A DNA stretch of 64,000 bases from Candidatus Heimdallarchaeota archaeon (GCA_020353515.1 CP070695.1:2642155-2706154), one strand, 5' to 3'; positions 47,500 to 57,914 are shown, counted from the stretch's first letter. A program made the numbers and translations. The notes: generated from the letters alone by a model not told the origin.

Positions 47500-48864
47500 T
47501 TACCCAAATAATCCCTCAAAACCAGGTGGGATCCCACCAGGAGGAGCCCCACGGCGTCCTCGCATTTTTCGCATCGCTTTTAATGATTTTGAAGCTTGGT
47601 TAAACTGGTTTAAAAGGAGTTTTACTTCTTGAGGGGAAGTACCTGATCCTTGTGCTATCCTTTGAATACGTCTACCTTTAATTATTCGAGCATTATCCAA
47701 TTCTTCCTCTGTCATTGAATTACAAATTGCGATAAATCGTTTCACATTTCTTTGACCTTCTGCTTCTAATATGGGTTGTTGACCCGTTATAGCACCAACT
47801 CCAGGTATTTTGGAAACCAATTTTCCTATAGATGATTGCTTACTCGCATTCTCCATTTGGATTTTAAAATGTCGTAGAGTTAATTTTCCTTTTTTGAAAG
47901 CATCGCGAAGTTCAGCCGTGTCTTGCTCATCAAATGCTTCGTTAACACTTTCTATTAAACCCTCGATATCACCAAGCCCTAAGAGAGATCCAACAAATCG
48001 AGTTGGATTAAACTCCTCTAAATCTTGAATTTTTTCCCCGTCACCATAAAATCGAATTTTTGCTCCTGTTACAGCAACAGCAGAGACAGCCCCTCCACCT
48101 TTAGCGGAACCATCCATCTTTGTTAAAATGATTGACCCAATAGGGGTTGTACGATTAAAAGCATCTGCTTGTGCTTGAGCTTGTTGACCTATTGTAGCAT
48201 CAATCACTAGGATAATTTCTGTGGGTTTAGCTATTTTAGCAATTTCTTGCATTTCTTTTAATAAAGCTTTTTCCTCTTTATGTCGTCCTGCTGTATCTAG
48301 TAATATGAGATTGATATTCCTTTTCTCTTTAAAATAGCTTAATCCTTTTTTAATTATTTTTGAAGCTTTTTTCTCCTTTTCATCCCCAAAAACCTCAACA
48401 TTAATGGGAGCAAGATATTGTTGAAGTTGAGCTAAAGCACCGGGTCTAAACGTATCACCTCCTATAACTCCAACGGAATATCCCCTTTTCTGGAAATAAT
48501 TTGCAGTTTTCCCGATACATGTTGTTTTACCTGATCCTTGGATACCGATGAACATTAAAATAGATAAATCATCAGGATTTAGGCGTAAAGGAGTAAATTT
48601 CTTACCCAATAGGCTGGCCAGTTCATCATAGATCACTTTCAGAGTATAATCTTTACGACTAATAGCCATAGGTAAGATGTCTTTGAGAGCTCTCTCACGT
48701 ACTCTTTCAGTAACATTTAGTACTAAATCAAGGTTAACATCAGCTGCAAGCAGAGCGTTTTCTAAATCATTAATCAATTCATTGATCAATCTCTCATCAA
48801 CAATGGGTGCACCACGAATTTTCATGATTGTTTTACGTAATGATGAGCTTAAAGTATCTAGCAT
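47500..48864 (-). CDS. srp54: Signal recognition particle protein SRP54
   Basis: ALLAADV, GIQGSGKTT, DTFRPGA, DTAGRH, TKMDG, SMT.EE. Confidence 0.98.
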   Translation of the reverse strand: MLDTLSSSLRKTIMKIRGAPIVDERLINELINDLENALLAADVNLDLVLNVTERVRERALKDILPMAISRKDYTLKVIYDELASLLGKKFTPLRLNPDDLSILMFIGIQGSGKTTCIGKTANYFQKRGYSVGVIGGDTFRPGALAQLQQYLAPINVEVFGDEKEKKASKIIKKGLSYFKEKRNINLILLDTAGRHKEEKALLKEMQEIAKIAKPTEIILVIDATIGQQAQAQADAFNRTTPIGSIILTKMDGSAKGGGAVSAVAVTGAKIRFYGDGEKIQDLEEFNPTRFVGSLLGLGDIEGLIESVNEAFDEQDTAELRDAFKKGKLTLRHFKIQMENASKQSSIGKLVSKIPGVGAITGQQPILEAEGQRNVKRFIAICNSMTEEELDNARIIKGRRIQRIAQGSGTSPQEVKLLLNQFNQASKSLKAMRKMRGRRGAPPGGIPPGFEGLFG

Positions 48865-49013
48865 CTATATTAAACTCCATTGGTTTTTCTATTTCTTTGA
48901 AGACGATATAGGACCCTCATTACACAAGAGATCTGTTTGTTTGAACCTCGGTGAATGTATGCAATAGTTCTGAAGTGAGTTATTCATCTTTACTGGTAAC
49001 TGATTAATAAATT

Positions 49014-49619
49014 TTATTCCAAGGGCATTTTATCATTAATGATAAAATTTGGTTTAATGTCATCTAAAAGATAATTGAGAATTGTTATCGTCTGAGAGGT
49101 TAAATATTCAGTGGATCCTAGGGAGAATTTTGGAAACTTCGAAAAATACTGGTAAATTTCTTCTTGAAATCCTAATTGATCACCGAGTAAGAATGAATCA
49201 AACTCATTAAGTAGATTAAGAGATTGCTCTCCCATTCTATCGATAACGACAAATTTCTGCTTCTTTAGACATTGTTCTAGGCTGGATGAATAAAATTTTA
49301 TCCCAGGATACGAATGACCGTTAAACACGTGTTTCAATACTCCTGCTATCGCTCTTTCATCTGGATTTATCCCACGAACTTCTTCACCCCAAATTTCCAA
49401 AATTTTATTGTTAATCTGAAAATAAATAATAAAGATAACATCTTTCCTAAAATCATTGGAGAGGAAGAAAGCTGCATTAATACACCGACACAGAACATCT
49501 AACCGCCCATATCCTGTTAATGAATTTAAAGAAAGGTGTTTAGAAGTATCAACTGTGTTTGAAATCACAAAAAACCATCTCATGATAATTTTTCTGCTCC
49601 TAAAATTCTGGTTGACCAA
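49014..49619 (-). CDS. trmY: tRNA pseudouridine(54)-N1 methyltransferase
   Basis: GRLDVLCRC, NPDER, F.LGD..G, SLG. Confidence 0.92.
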   Translation of the reverse strand: MVNQNFRSRKIIMRWFFVISNTVDTSKHLSLNSLTGYGRLDVLCRCINAAFFLSNDFRKDVIFIIYFQINNKILEIWGEEVRGINPDERAIAGVLKHVFNGHSYPGIKFYSSSLEQCLKKQKFVVIDRMGEQSLNLLNEFDSFLLGDQLGFQEEIYQYFSKFPKFSLGSTEYLTSQTITILNYLLDDIKPNFIINDKMPLE

Positions 49620-49786
49620 AATTAACTATTTAATTGCAGCTAAATTCATTTATTTGTCTGCTTATTTATTCTATAGAAAATAAGTAAAATAACTTCATGA
49701 AAATGAGATATTTAGATAAATTACTTTTCAAAATAATTAGATTTAATCCTTCTATTCCTTTTCATTACTAATGAAGGGTTTTATAA

Positions 49787-51142
49787 ATGGAAACATCAAT
49801 CTTTAATAAGGCTAAGCACCTAATTACGCATGTCCATTGCTGTAATTCCTGCCTAGGTCGGCAATTTGGCAATTTATTGTCAGGATTATCAAATAAAAAA
49901 CGAGGTGAAGCATTAAAAATTATACTCTTGATGGAATGGGAAAATATTCATCGATTGTTAAAAAAAGAACCTCCAAAATCATCATCACTGTTATCTGAAG
50001 ACTTCAATATTGGAAAAATGTCAATTCAACGTTTTTTTTCAGAGATTCAATCTGCAAGTACTCATTGTGAAATTTGTCAAGGGAATCTTTATCCCCAAAA
50101 ACTAAAGGAATTAGCCAACAGTGCTCTAGAAGCGCTCAATGAATATGAATTTTCAACATTTCTTGTGGGAAGTCAGTTCCCTCCGTCAATAATAGATAAA
50201 GAAGATACAATTCGAAGTACCTATAATCTCGAATTTGGAGAATCAATTAAATCAGAGTTTAACCGTGAAATTGGTAAAATACTACAAGAACAACTAACCC
50301 TTGCAACAGTTGACTTCAAAACACCTGACATTGTCATAACATTTAATCTCCGTAGTGATCAGATAACCATTAAAACGAATCCTTTATTCATCCTTGGGAG
50401 ATATAGAAAATTCGAACGCGGAATTCCACAATCAAAATGGTTCTGTCGTGAATGTAGAGGGAAGGGTTGTGAGTATTGTAATTTCACGGGGAAAATGTAC
50501 CAAGAATCTGTGGAAGAATATATTTCTGAGCCTTTCCTTTCTGCAGCTAAAGGTACAGCCAGTAAATTTCATGGTTCAGGTCGAGAAGATATTGATGCCC
50601 GTATGTTAGGAACTGGAAGACCATTTATTCTTGAAATTTCAGAACCAAGGAAGAGAAACTTAAATCTCACCGAAATCATGGAGATAGTAAACGAAAAAGC
50701 AGGAGGGAAGGTTGAAATTGACATCGAAGGAATAACCAACAGATCTAAAGTTCGTGAACTTAAGACACGTTCAAGTAGGAATGCAAAAGGTTATCGAGTG
50801 ATTATTTCCTTAGATCCCCCCATAAAGCTTGAAGAACTGGAAATCTTAGCCATTGCAGATGAATTTTCAGATTTACTTATCCAACAGCGAACTCCATTAC
50901 GAGTAGTTCATCGTCGAGCTGATAAGATTCGATCTAGAAAAGTTCAAACATTTCGAATTGAGAAATTTGAACCACATCAATTGACTGCTTATGTGGTTTG
51001 TGAGGGAGGGTTATATGTGAAAGAGTTAATCAGTGGGGATGAGGGGCGAACTCAGCCGAATCTTTCTGAGCGTCTTAATACTACTGCTGTGGTTACTCAA
51101 CTTGATGTCATAGAAGTTTTGAGTGAGAAGGACTCTTTTTAA
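49787..51142 (+). CDS. pus10: tRNA pseudouridine(54/55) synthase Pus10
   Basis: GRYRK..R.IPQ, GREDIDARMLG.GRPF, QRTP.RV.HRR, G.YVKELISGD.GRT.P. Confidence 0.97.
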   Translation: METSIFNKAKHLITHVHCCNSCLGRQFGNLLSGLSNKKRGEALKIILLMEWENIHRLLKKEPPKSSSLLSEDFNIGKMSIQRFFSEIQSASTHCEICQGNLYPQKLKELANSALEALNEYEFSTFLVGSQFPPSIIDKEDTIRSTYNLEFGESIKSEFNREIGKILQEQLTLATVDFKTPDIVITFNLRSDQITIKTNPLFILGRYRKFERGIPQSKWFCRECRGKGCEYCNFTGKMYQESVEEYISEPFLSAAKGTASKFHGSGREDIDARMLGTGRPFILEISEPRKRNLNLTEIMEIVNEKAGGKVEIDIEGITNRSKVRELKTRSSRNAKGYRVIISLDPPIKLEELEILAIADEFSDLLIQQRTPLRVVHRRADKIRSRKVQTFRIEKFEPHQLTAYVVCEGGLYVKELISGDEGRTQPNLSERLNTTAVVTQLDVIEVLSEKDSF

Positions 51143-51288
51143 TACTATTTCTAGAAAGATTCTTCAATTTTAAAAGAAATCCAAAAATAGGTTAAGAAAA
51201 CTCCTTTCTAATGGTGTCACTGAAGCCTAAAGCCCTCTCTTGGACTTAAAAACCAAAGAATAGCTAAAATACTTGGAGAAAAGACAGA

Positions 51289-51585
51289 ATGGTAAAGAAA
51301 TCAAAAGGTGTGAACTTTAGGACACGGAAACTTTTTTCTAAACATCCAAGGAAACGAGGTTTACCTTCTTTATCCCGAACATTGGCAAATTATGAGGTGA
51401 ATTCCAAAGTAAACATTGTAATTGAACCCAGTATCCAAAAAGGACGACCTCATAGAAGATTTCATGGAAAGACTGGAATTGTTTTGGAAAAACGAGGCCA
51501 AGCTTATTTAATCCAAGTTTCAGATGGAAATAGCCTCAAAAAAGTAATTGCTCGACCCGAACATCTGAAAGCACAATTGCAATGA
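51289..51585 (+). CDS. rpl21e: 50S ribosomal protein L21e
   Basis: KGRPHRRFHGKTG, RPEHL. Confidence 0.97.
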   Translation: MVKKSKGVNFRTRKLFSKHPRKRGLPSLSRTLANYEVNSKVNIVIEPSIQKGRPHRRFHGKTGIVLEKRGQAYLIQVSDGNSLKKVIARPEHLKAQLQ

Positions 51586-51619
51586 AGAACTGATAGATTT
51601 GTAGGATTGGTAATTAAGA

Positions 51620-52012
51620 ATGGTTAGAAAAGTCCTGGATGAGAAACCAATTACTTTAGGGCAAGTATATGAACTCTTGAAAATACGGGAAGAAACAGGT
51701 ATAAATTATGTGCAACGGGTCACAGCACAGCATGCTGAAAAACTCTCACGCGATGCTGCCTTTTCAGAGGAAGCTATTCAGACAATAAAGGAAGAATTTG
51801 ATCTTCCTCGAATACTAGTTGTCCAAATATTAAATATAAATCCTAAGACATCAATTGATGTTAAAGCAATAACTGGTGATCGACTTTCTGACGATCAAAT
51901 AGATCAACTTCTTTCACGTTATACAGAGTATGTTACTTTGGCTGCAACAAAAGACAAGGAAATTTCTGAGGAAGAAGAGGAAGAAGTGGAAGAAGGATTT
52001 GAAGATCTCTAA
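51620..52012 (+). CDS. rpo4: RNA polymerase subunit Rpo4 (RpoF)
   Basis: EKPITL..V..LL, YVQR, QI.NI.P; conserved position after L21e. Confidence 0.85.
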   Translation: MVRKVLDEKPITLGQVYELLKIREETGINYVQRVTAQHAEKLSRDAAFSEEAIQTIKEEFDLPRILVVQILNINPKTSIDVKAITGDRLSDDQIDQLLSRYTEYVTLAATKDKEISEEEEEEVEEGFEDL

Positions 52013-52210
52013 TATTTTTCACTCATTTTCTTTAAGAGAGTACTAATAGATAACTATTCATCGCTTGACTGATCTCTTCTGAAAGGATTACATATTCTGC
52101 AGCTTAATTCTACTTGAAATTTCTCCATCTTGTTGTACCAACTAAAATTAAATTTCAAAAGTAGTAAAAAGAATAAAGAAAATCATTGAGTTAAAGTACG
52201 ATTCTAATAA

Positions 52211-52346
52211 AGGGACGTGGCTTAGTTTGGAAAAGTTCCCGGTTCGGGTCCGTAAGCCGATTTCGGCTGGCGGCGTAACTCCGGGAGATCGGGGGTTCAA
52301 AGTTATTACGGCTGTGCGCCGTGTTATGAAAATCCCTCCGTCCCTA
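52211..52346 (+). tRNA. tRNA-Pro(CGG) with two introns (37/38, 52249-52279; 59/60, 52302-52332)
   Basis: AGGGACG/CGTCCCT acceptor; T-loop BHB core TTCA/TGAA. Confidence 0.88.
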
Positions 52347-52455
52347 TACCCTAGATACAGTCAAATTTAGTGAAGATCTTAACTTAAAGTCTTGTATACC
52401 TAATGAAATCCGGTTTCAGGAATTGTGATCAAGGATTCAAATCCCTTCATAACCA

Positions 52456-53028
52456 TTGGATAAGATCGTATATCAAATACAAGCGAGAAACTCAACAATG
52501 ACATCTTTTCCAAATTATTTTGATTGTATTCAATTACTGCTGGATCATTCAACCCCTCTGAGTGTTATTTCTCATCTGATTTTAACGACTCAAACAGCAC
52601 TTGATGTTACAAAAACTCTAAAAAAGAAGGGAAAATCAATCAATTGCGATCTTATTTTGGCAGGTGCCTTATTACATGATATTGGACGTTCAAAATCGCA
52701 TCGTTTGAATCATGGGATTATTGGTGCTCAAATTTTGCAAGAAGAAGGGTTTCCCGAGGAATTATCACAAATTGCAGAACATCACCTTTTTAGTGGAATA
52801 ACGAAGTATGAAGCCAGAGACTTAGGATTACCGTTTCAAAATTACCTCCCTAGAACCTTAGAAGAAAAAATAATCACTTATGCAGATAATATTTCCAAAA
52901 GAAAACCACTTCTATCAATAGATGAAGTGATTCAACGATATAGTAAATATATCGACAAATCTCATCCAATTCTCAAGAGGGTGCGTGTATTGCATACAGA
53001 GGTTGAAACCTTATTAAATGATGAATAA
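52456..53028 (+). CDS. HD-domain protein (archaeal HDIG type)
   Basis: GALLHDIGR, HG..GA, P.TLEEKII.YADN. Confidence 0.9.
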   Translation: MDKIVYQIQARNSTMTSFPNYFDCIQLLLDHSTPLSVISHLILTTQTALDVTKTLKKKGKSINCDLILAGALLHDIGRSKSHRLNHGIIGAQILQEEGFPEELSQIAEHHLFSGITKYEARDLGLPFQNYLPRTLEEKIITYADNISKRKPLLSIDEVIQRYSKYIDKSHPILKRVRVLHTEVETLLNDE

Positions 53029-54046
53029 TGGTAGAAATAGAATGAGATCAATTCCTTCTTGCCAAAATTTTTTTGAATTTCTTCAAAAATTTCAAGGTAT
53101 GATCGTTTTAGTAATGCACTCTCAAGCTGATCCAGATACCGTTGGAGCAGCTATTGGATTAACTCATTTAATCCAAGTTATAAACCCTAATCTAGAAATA
53201 CGTACTTTAAAGCCAACACTGAGTGCTTTAGGTCACAGTTTGCTGGAATTTGCTAATTTTCATTTAGACCCCATTGAATCTAGCCATATCATCTCTCCTG
53301 CCTTATGTGTGCTTCTTGATACAAATTTCATTGATCCTCAGTTGGTTACTCCAAGAAGGCAGTTTGCAGTTATAGATCATCATATCCGTACTCAATTGGA
53401 AGTTGAAGTAGCATTTGATTATCAATTCAGTTCTTTTCGGGCAACTACTGAAATTATTGCATCTTGGTACTACAATGAGGACATCTCTCTAACTCAACAA
53501 GTGATCAAAGGCCTTCTCGCAGGAATCATATTTGATACAAGACGATTTCTTCATGCTGATGAGGAGCTTTTCAAATGTGTCAATTTTCTTCTCAGTAATA
53601 ATTCAAATGTCTACATAGAAACAATGAACCTTTTTTCATCCTCTCGCACACAATCAGAAAAGCTAGCTTGTATTAAAGCAGCTCAACGTATGAAACGTTT
53701 TCACATAAATTCTAAGATCTTACTTTTATCATATGTAAGTTCGTTTGAAGCTGCAGCTGCTCGTTCACTCATTTCTTTAGGAGGAGATATTGCTATAGTC
53801 ATTGCTAATAGGAAACAAGAAACTCGAATCAGTTTTCGTACGACTTTGGCGCTACCTAAAGAAACAGGAATATCTCTCGGTAGAGATATCATTCCTGACT
53901 TAATTAATCAATTTGGGGGAACTGGAGGGGGACATGATAGTGCAGCAGGATACAATGCACCTCTATTAGAGATTAAGGCTGTCAAAGAATTCTTGTTCCA
54001 GCTTTTTGAGAAGATCTTGTCTAGGAAAGATCTAAAAAATAGCTAA
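53018..54046 (+). CDS. DHH/DHHA1 phosphoesterase
   Basis: H..ADPD, IDHH, GI.FDT, GGGH..AAG. Confidence 0.92.
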   Translation: MMNNGRNRMRSIPSCQNFFEFLQKFQGMIVLVMHSQADPDTVGAAIGLTHLIQVINPNLEIRTLKPTLSALGHSLLEFANFHLDPIESSHIISPALCVLLDTNFIDPQLVTPRRQFAVIDHHIRTQLEVEVAFDYQFSSFRATTEIIASWYYNEDISLTQQVIKGLLAGIIFDTRRFLHADEELFKCVNFLLSNNSNVYIETMNLFSSSRTQSEKLACIKAAQRMKRFHINSKILLLSYVSSFEAAAARSLISLGGDIAIVIANRKQETRISFRTTLALPKETGISLGRDIIPDLINQFGGTGGGHDSAAGYNAPLLEIKAVKEFLFQLFEKILSRKDLKNS

Positions 54047-54094
54047 TAATTGATCTTGTAGATAATGTTTGTTTCGGGTTACAGCTCCATTTTT

Positions 54095-54418
54095 TTAAGA
54101 TAAGAGGAACTCAGAACGAATAAAATCGTATTCTTCTTTATTGAGGCAATATGTATCAAATTTACTATCCCGAAGTGCGAGTTGAACAGCCAAATTATGT
54201 TTACATTTAGAAACACGGTTGTTCAACACACTATGTTGAAAATCGTAACAGCGACACCAATAAGGGTCCATCATAACCAAGTATTCTCTTGTATTTCCCA
54301 CAACAAGCCATCGTTCCACTTGCTGGGTACTACTAAAATTGATAATGTATTTTTTAACGCTCTCTTTTTCTACTAAATCCTTTGCTTCTTTTAATCGTGC
54401 TGAAAATTCTGATGTCAA
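54095..54418 (-). CDS. Small SWIM zinc-finger protein (SWS1/ZSWIM7-like)
   Basis: CRC.DF..SVL......CKH.LAV. Confidence 0.85.
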   Translation of the reverse strand: MTSEFSARLKEAKDLVEKESVKKYIINFSSTQQVERWLVVGNTREYLVMMDPYWCRCYDFQHSVLNNRVSKCKHNLAVQLALRDSKFDTYCLNKEEYDFIRSEFLLS

Positions 54419-55018
54419 TTAATTTCTCACCATTTCAAGTAAGAAATTAGTTGCTGAGAGCAATTCTTCTGATTGTGTCAATTCCTTCTTCAGATCTGAA
54501 ATTCGTTGATTAAAGATATCTTCTGGAATTTCTTCTATCTCTTTTCGTACAGAAAGCTCTTCAATACTATACTTTAAGGAATGAGCTCCTTTTGAAGCAC
54601 CTTGTTTTAATTCTCTTAATTGCTCAACTACCTGGTTGATTTGTTGTGTTATTGTTCCTTTCTCTTCCAAATATTCGTTTTTAAGAGATTTGTAAACTGA
54701 GGCTTGAATCCCAGCCTTTTTTTCCTCCAATCTTTTTATACGCTCTTGTAGGGTTTTTCGTTTATTAAGAAGATCAAAAACTGGGTGTTCTATTGATCCA
54801 ATTTTCTCTTTGTCTTTAACAAGATTTGCGATCGCTTGATCAAGTTCTTTTATCTCTTCGCTGAAATCAGATTCTTCGATTTCAGCACGAATCTTAAGCT
54901 TTTCTAACTTAACTTCCAGTTTTTTAAGCTCTTCGTCTATTTTAACTCTTTTTACTACTTTTTTTAACGATTCTGGAGTTATATCCATCTGATTAGCCGT
55001 CATTTCGAGAGTCTCCAA
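54419..55018 (-). CDS. Coiled-coil protein with CdvA-like repeats
   Basis: RLEEKK..I...VY..L..EY and EEL.VR..I.EI....F. Confidence 0.65.
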   Translation of the reverse strand: METLEMTANQMDITPESLKKVVKRVKIDEELKKLEVKLEKLKIRAEIEESDFSEEIKELDQAIANLVKDKEKIGSIEHPVFDLLNKRKTLQERIKRLEEKKAGIQASVYKSLKNEYLEEKGTITQQINQVVEQLRELKQGASKGAHSLKYSIEELSVRKEIEEIPEDIFNQRISDLKKELTQSEELLSATNFLLEMVRN

Positions 55019-55460
55019 AGGAGAGGAATAACCTAATTTTTTGTTTTTTTTTACTAATAAAATGATTTCCTTAGGGGATTGAAGTGAGTTTAAAAAGGAT
55101 TTTTATTACATGTTATTGCATCCTTGGGTTGTATTTCAAAGTTTAAACAATGTATTTTGCCTTATTTGACATTTAAAGCAAATATTATTCTTTTCTATCC
55201 ATGTCATAATGAAATAAGATCTAAATGATGAGACGTTAAGAAATTATGGTTATTTTAGCTTCAATTTAACAGCAAAGATCTCTTTGATAACATTAAACTT
55301 GTTTCTTGATCGTTGAGGTGTAACAATCAATTTAAAATAACATTTTTAATTCCTTTGATGATGTCTGCAACAATCCTTTTCGATAGAACATCTCCTAGCC
55401 CTTAAGTATTCATATTAATAATTAACTAACTAGATAAAATTGAATTAGAAGGAACCTAAC

Positions 55461-57254
55461 TTGACATCAAAAGTCCAAACAGGTAAAATTGTTAGAATTT
55501 CAGGCCCTGTTGTTGAAATAAGTGGCATGAATCGTGCCCAACTTTATGAAATCGTTAGGGTCGGTGAGGAACAGCTAATCGGAGAGATCATTCGAATCAG
55601 TCAATCTGGAAATCGGCATATCTCAACAGTTCAAGTTTATGAAGAAACTACTGGTTTAAAACCGAGGGAAGAGGCAGTTGCAACAGGAAATCCTCTGAGT
55701 GCAGAACTTGGTCCAGGATTAATCACACGCATCTATGATGGTATCCAACGCCCATTACCAGCCCTTCAATTGGAAGAAGGAGATTTTATTACCCGAGGTC
55801 TAACAGCTGCTCCGTTAGATTTAGATAAAAAATGGTTTTTTAAACCACTTGTGAATACGGGAGATAGAATTAAGGGGGGATCCTATCTTGGAGAAGTAAA
55901 AGAATCTAGAATGGTGGATCATAGAATCATGGTTCCTCCTGGCATCGGTTCTGCAAAGGTAACCTCTATCGCTGATCCTGACGAATACTCAATAACGGAA
56001 ACAATTGCTCAAATCGATGTCGAAGGACAATTTCCATTTGCACTGCCTATAACTATGAGACAAATTTGGCCAGTTAGAAATCCTCGTCCGTTTAAACGAA
56101 AATTAGAAGCAAATATCCCACTAATAACAGGCCAACGCATATTTGATACCTTTTTCCCTATAGCTAAGGGAGGAGTAGCAGCCATTCCTGGAGGATTTGG
56201 TACAGGTAAGACTGTTAGTCAACATCAACTCGCAAAATGGTCTGATGCCACAGTTGTTGTTTATGTTGGATGTGGAGAACGCGGTAACGAAATGGCAGAA
56301 GTTTTGAAAGAATTTCCAGATCTTGAAGATCCACATTCGGGAGAAAAACTAATGCAGCGGACTGTTCTGATCGCTAACACCTCTAATATGCCTGTTGCAG
56401 CACGAGAAGCCTCCATCTACTTAGGAATTACTATAGCTGAATATTATCGTGATATGGGATATGATGTCGCTTTAATGGCAGATTCAACAAGTCGGTGGGC
56501 TGAAGCTCTCCGTGAAATTTCAGGTCGTTTAGAAGAAATGCCTGGAGAAGAGGGTTACCCTGCTTATCTCGCTTCCAGAATAGCAGAATTCTATGAAAGA
56601 GCAGGGAGAATTGAAACACTCTCTGGTCATAAAGCTAGTATATCTGCCATAGGTGCTATTTCTCCAGGAGGAGGAGATTTTTCAGAACCTGTAACTCAAA
56701 ATACATTGAAAACAGTAAGAGTGTTTTGGGCATTAAGTTATCCTTTAGCACGGTCTAGGCATTTTCCTGCAATATCGTGGTTAGAGAGTTATAGTCTATA
56801 TATTGATTCATTGGCAAAATGGTATCATGAAAAAGTTGCACCAGACTTTAATAAGCTTAGAGAAGAAGCAATGGCACTTCTTCAAAAAGAAAAGGAATTA
56901 CAAGAGATAGTACAACTTATAGGACCAGATGCTTTGCCTGAATCAGAAAAAATTATCCTTCAAGCTGCTAAAATGATTAGAGAAGATTTTCTCCAACAAA
57001 ATGCTTATTCAGATGACTCTTATTGCAGTCTGGATAAACAGTTCCAGATGCTCAAAATAATAATGAAATTCTACGAAAAGATGCGAGAAAAACACAGTGC
57101 AGGAGTCCCTCTTGAGAAAATGACTTCTCTTCCCGTTTTGGCGGAAATCGCTAGTTTAAAATGGTCTTTTGATGCAGAATTTGACGCATTATATGAAAAG
57201 TGTTGGGATTTCATTCAGAACAAAATGGAACCGAGTGATTTTGGGATTGCGTGA
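55461..57254 (+). CDS. atpA: A/V-type ATP synthase subunit A
   Basis: ISGPVV, QVYEET.G, PGGFGTGKT, GCGERGNE, ANTSNMPVAAREAS. Confidence 0.98.
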   Translation: MTSKVQTGKIVRISGPVVEISGMNRAQLYEIVRVGEEQLIGEIIRISQSGNRHISTVQVYEETTGLKPREEAVATGNPLSAELGPGLITRIYDGIQRPLPALQLEEGDFITRGLTAAPLDLDKKWFFKPLVNTGDRIKGGSYLGEVKESRMVDHRIMVPPGIGSAKVTSIADPDEYSITETIAQIDVEGQFPFALPITMRQIWPVRNPRPFKRKLEANIPLITGQRIFDTFFPIAKGGVAAIPGGFGTGKTVSQHQLAKWSDATVVVYVGCGERGNEMAEVLKEFPDLEDPHSGEKLMQRTVLIANTSNMPVAAREASIYLGITIAEYYRDMGYDVALMADSTSRWAEALREISGRLEEMPGEEGYPAYLASRIAEFYERAGRIETLSGHKASISAIGAISPGGGDFSEPVTQNTLKTVRVFWALSYPLARSRHFPAISWLESYSLYIDSLAKWYHEKVAPDFNKLREEAMALLQKEKELQEIVQLIGPDALPESEKIILQAAKMIREDFLQQNAYSDDSYCSLDKQFQMLKIIMKFYEKMREKHSAGVPLEKMTSLPVLAEIASLKWSFDAEFDALYEKCWDFIQNKMEPSDFGIA

Positions 57255-57257
57255 TAC

Positions 57258-57896
57258 ATGGCACCTCTACTGCCTTTAGCTCCTGGACATGAGAATACAA
57301 CTCTAGCTTTGATTACTCTTTTCTTAGTTTTTGGATTTTATGGTTTAATTTTTCCTTTTTTATTGGTAATTCCCCCCATTCTATTTTTAGGATTATGTGG
57401 TCATCTTTTCTTCTTTCGTGATCCAAATCGTGAGATTAATCGCGATTCTCAACTCATTATCGCCCCTGCTGATGGAAAGGTTTACGAACTTGATGCTTTG
57501 AAAGGAATTATTAGAATTAGAATGTCTCTTTTCAATGTTCATGTAACACGAAATCCTGTCTCTGGTAATGTTACTGCAATTGATATTCAAGAAGGAAAGC
57601 ATTGGCCTTTCCTTTCTTTTATTCGTAAAGGAACGAATGAGAATACCAGACAGATAATTCAGATTGAAAATTCAAATGGTAAATTTTTCGTAGTTCAGAT
57701 TGTTGGGATTCTAGCTCGACGCTGTACATGTTATTTTTCTGTGAACGATCAGATTCAGCAGAGTGATCGCCTTGGAATGATTTACTATGGTAGTGAGGTT
57801 GATCTTCACTTTCCTCCTGAAAAATTTTATATTCTAGTCAAGATAAAAGATAAAATGATAGCAGGTCAAACTCCAATTGCTAGATTAAAAGATTAA
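57258..57896 (+). CDS. psd: Phosphatidyl/archaetidylserine decarboxylase
   Basis: FFRDP.R, APADG, FNVHV.RNP..G, QIVG.LARR, YGS self-cleavage site. Confidence 0.93.
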   Translation: MAPLLPLAPGHENTTLALITLFLVFGFYGLIFPFLLVIPPILFLGLCGHLFFFRDPNREINRDSQLIIAPADGKVYELDALKGIIRIRMSLFNVHVTRNPVSGNVTAIDIQEGKHWPFLSFIRKGTNENTRQIIQIENSNGKFFVVQIVGILARRCTCYFSVNDQIQQSDRLGMIYYGSEVDLHFPPEKFYILVKIKDKMIAGQTPIARLKD

Positions 57897-57914
57897 ATAA
57901 GCTAACCCTACTTT

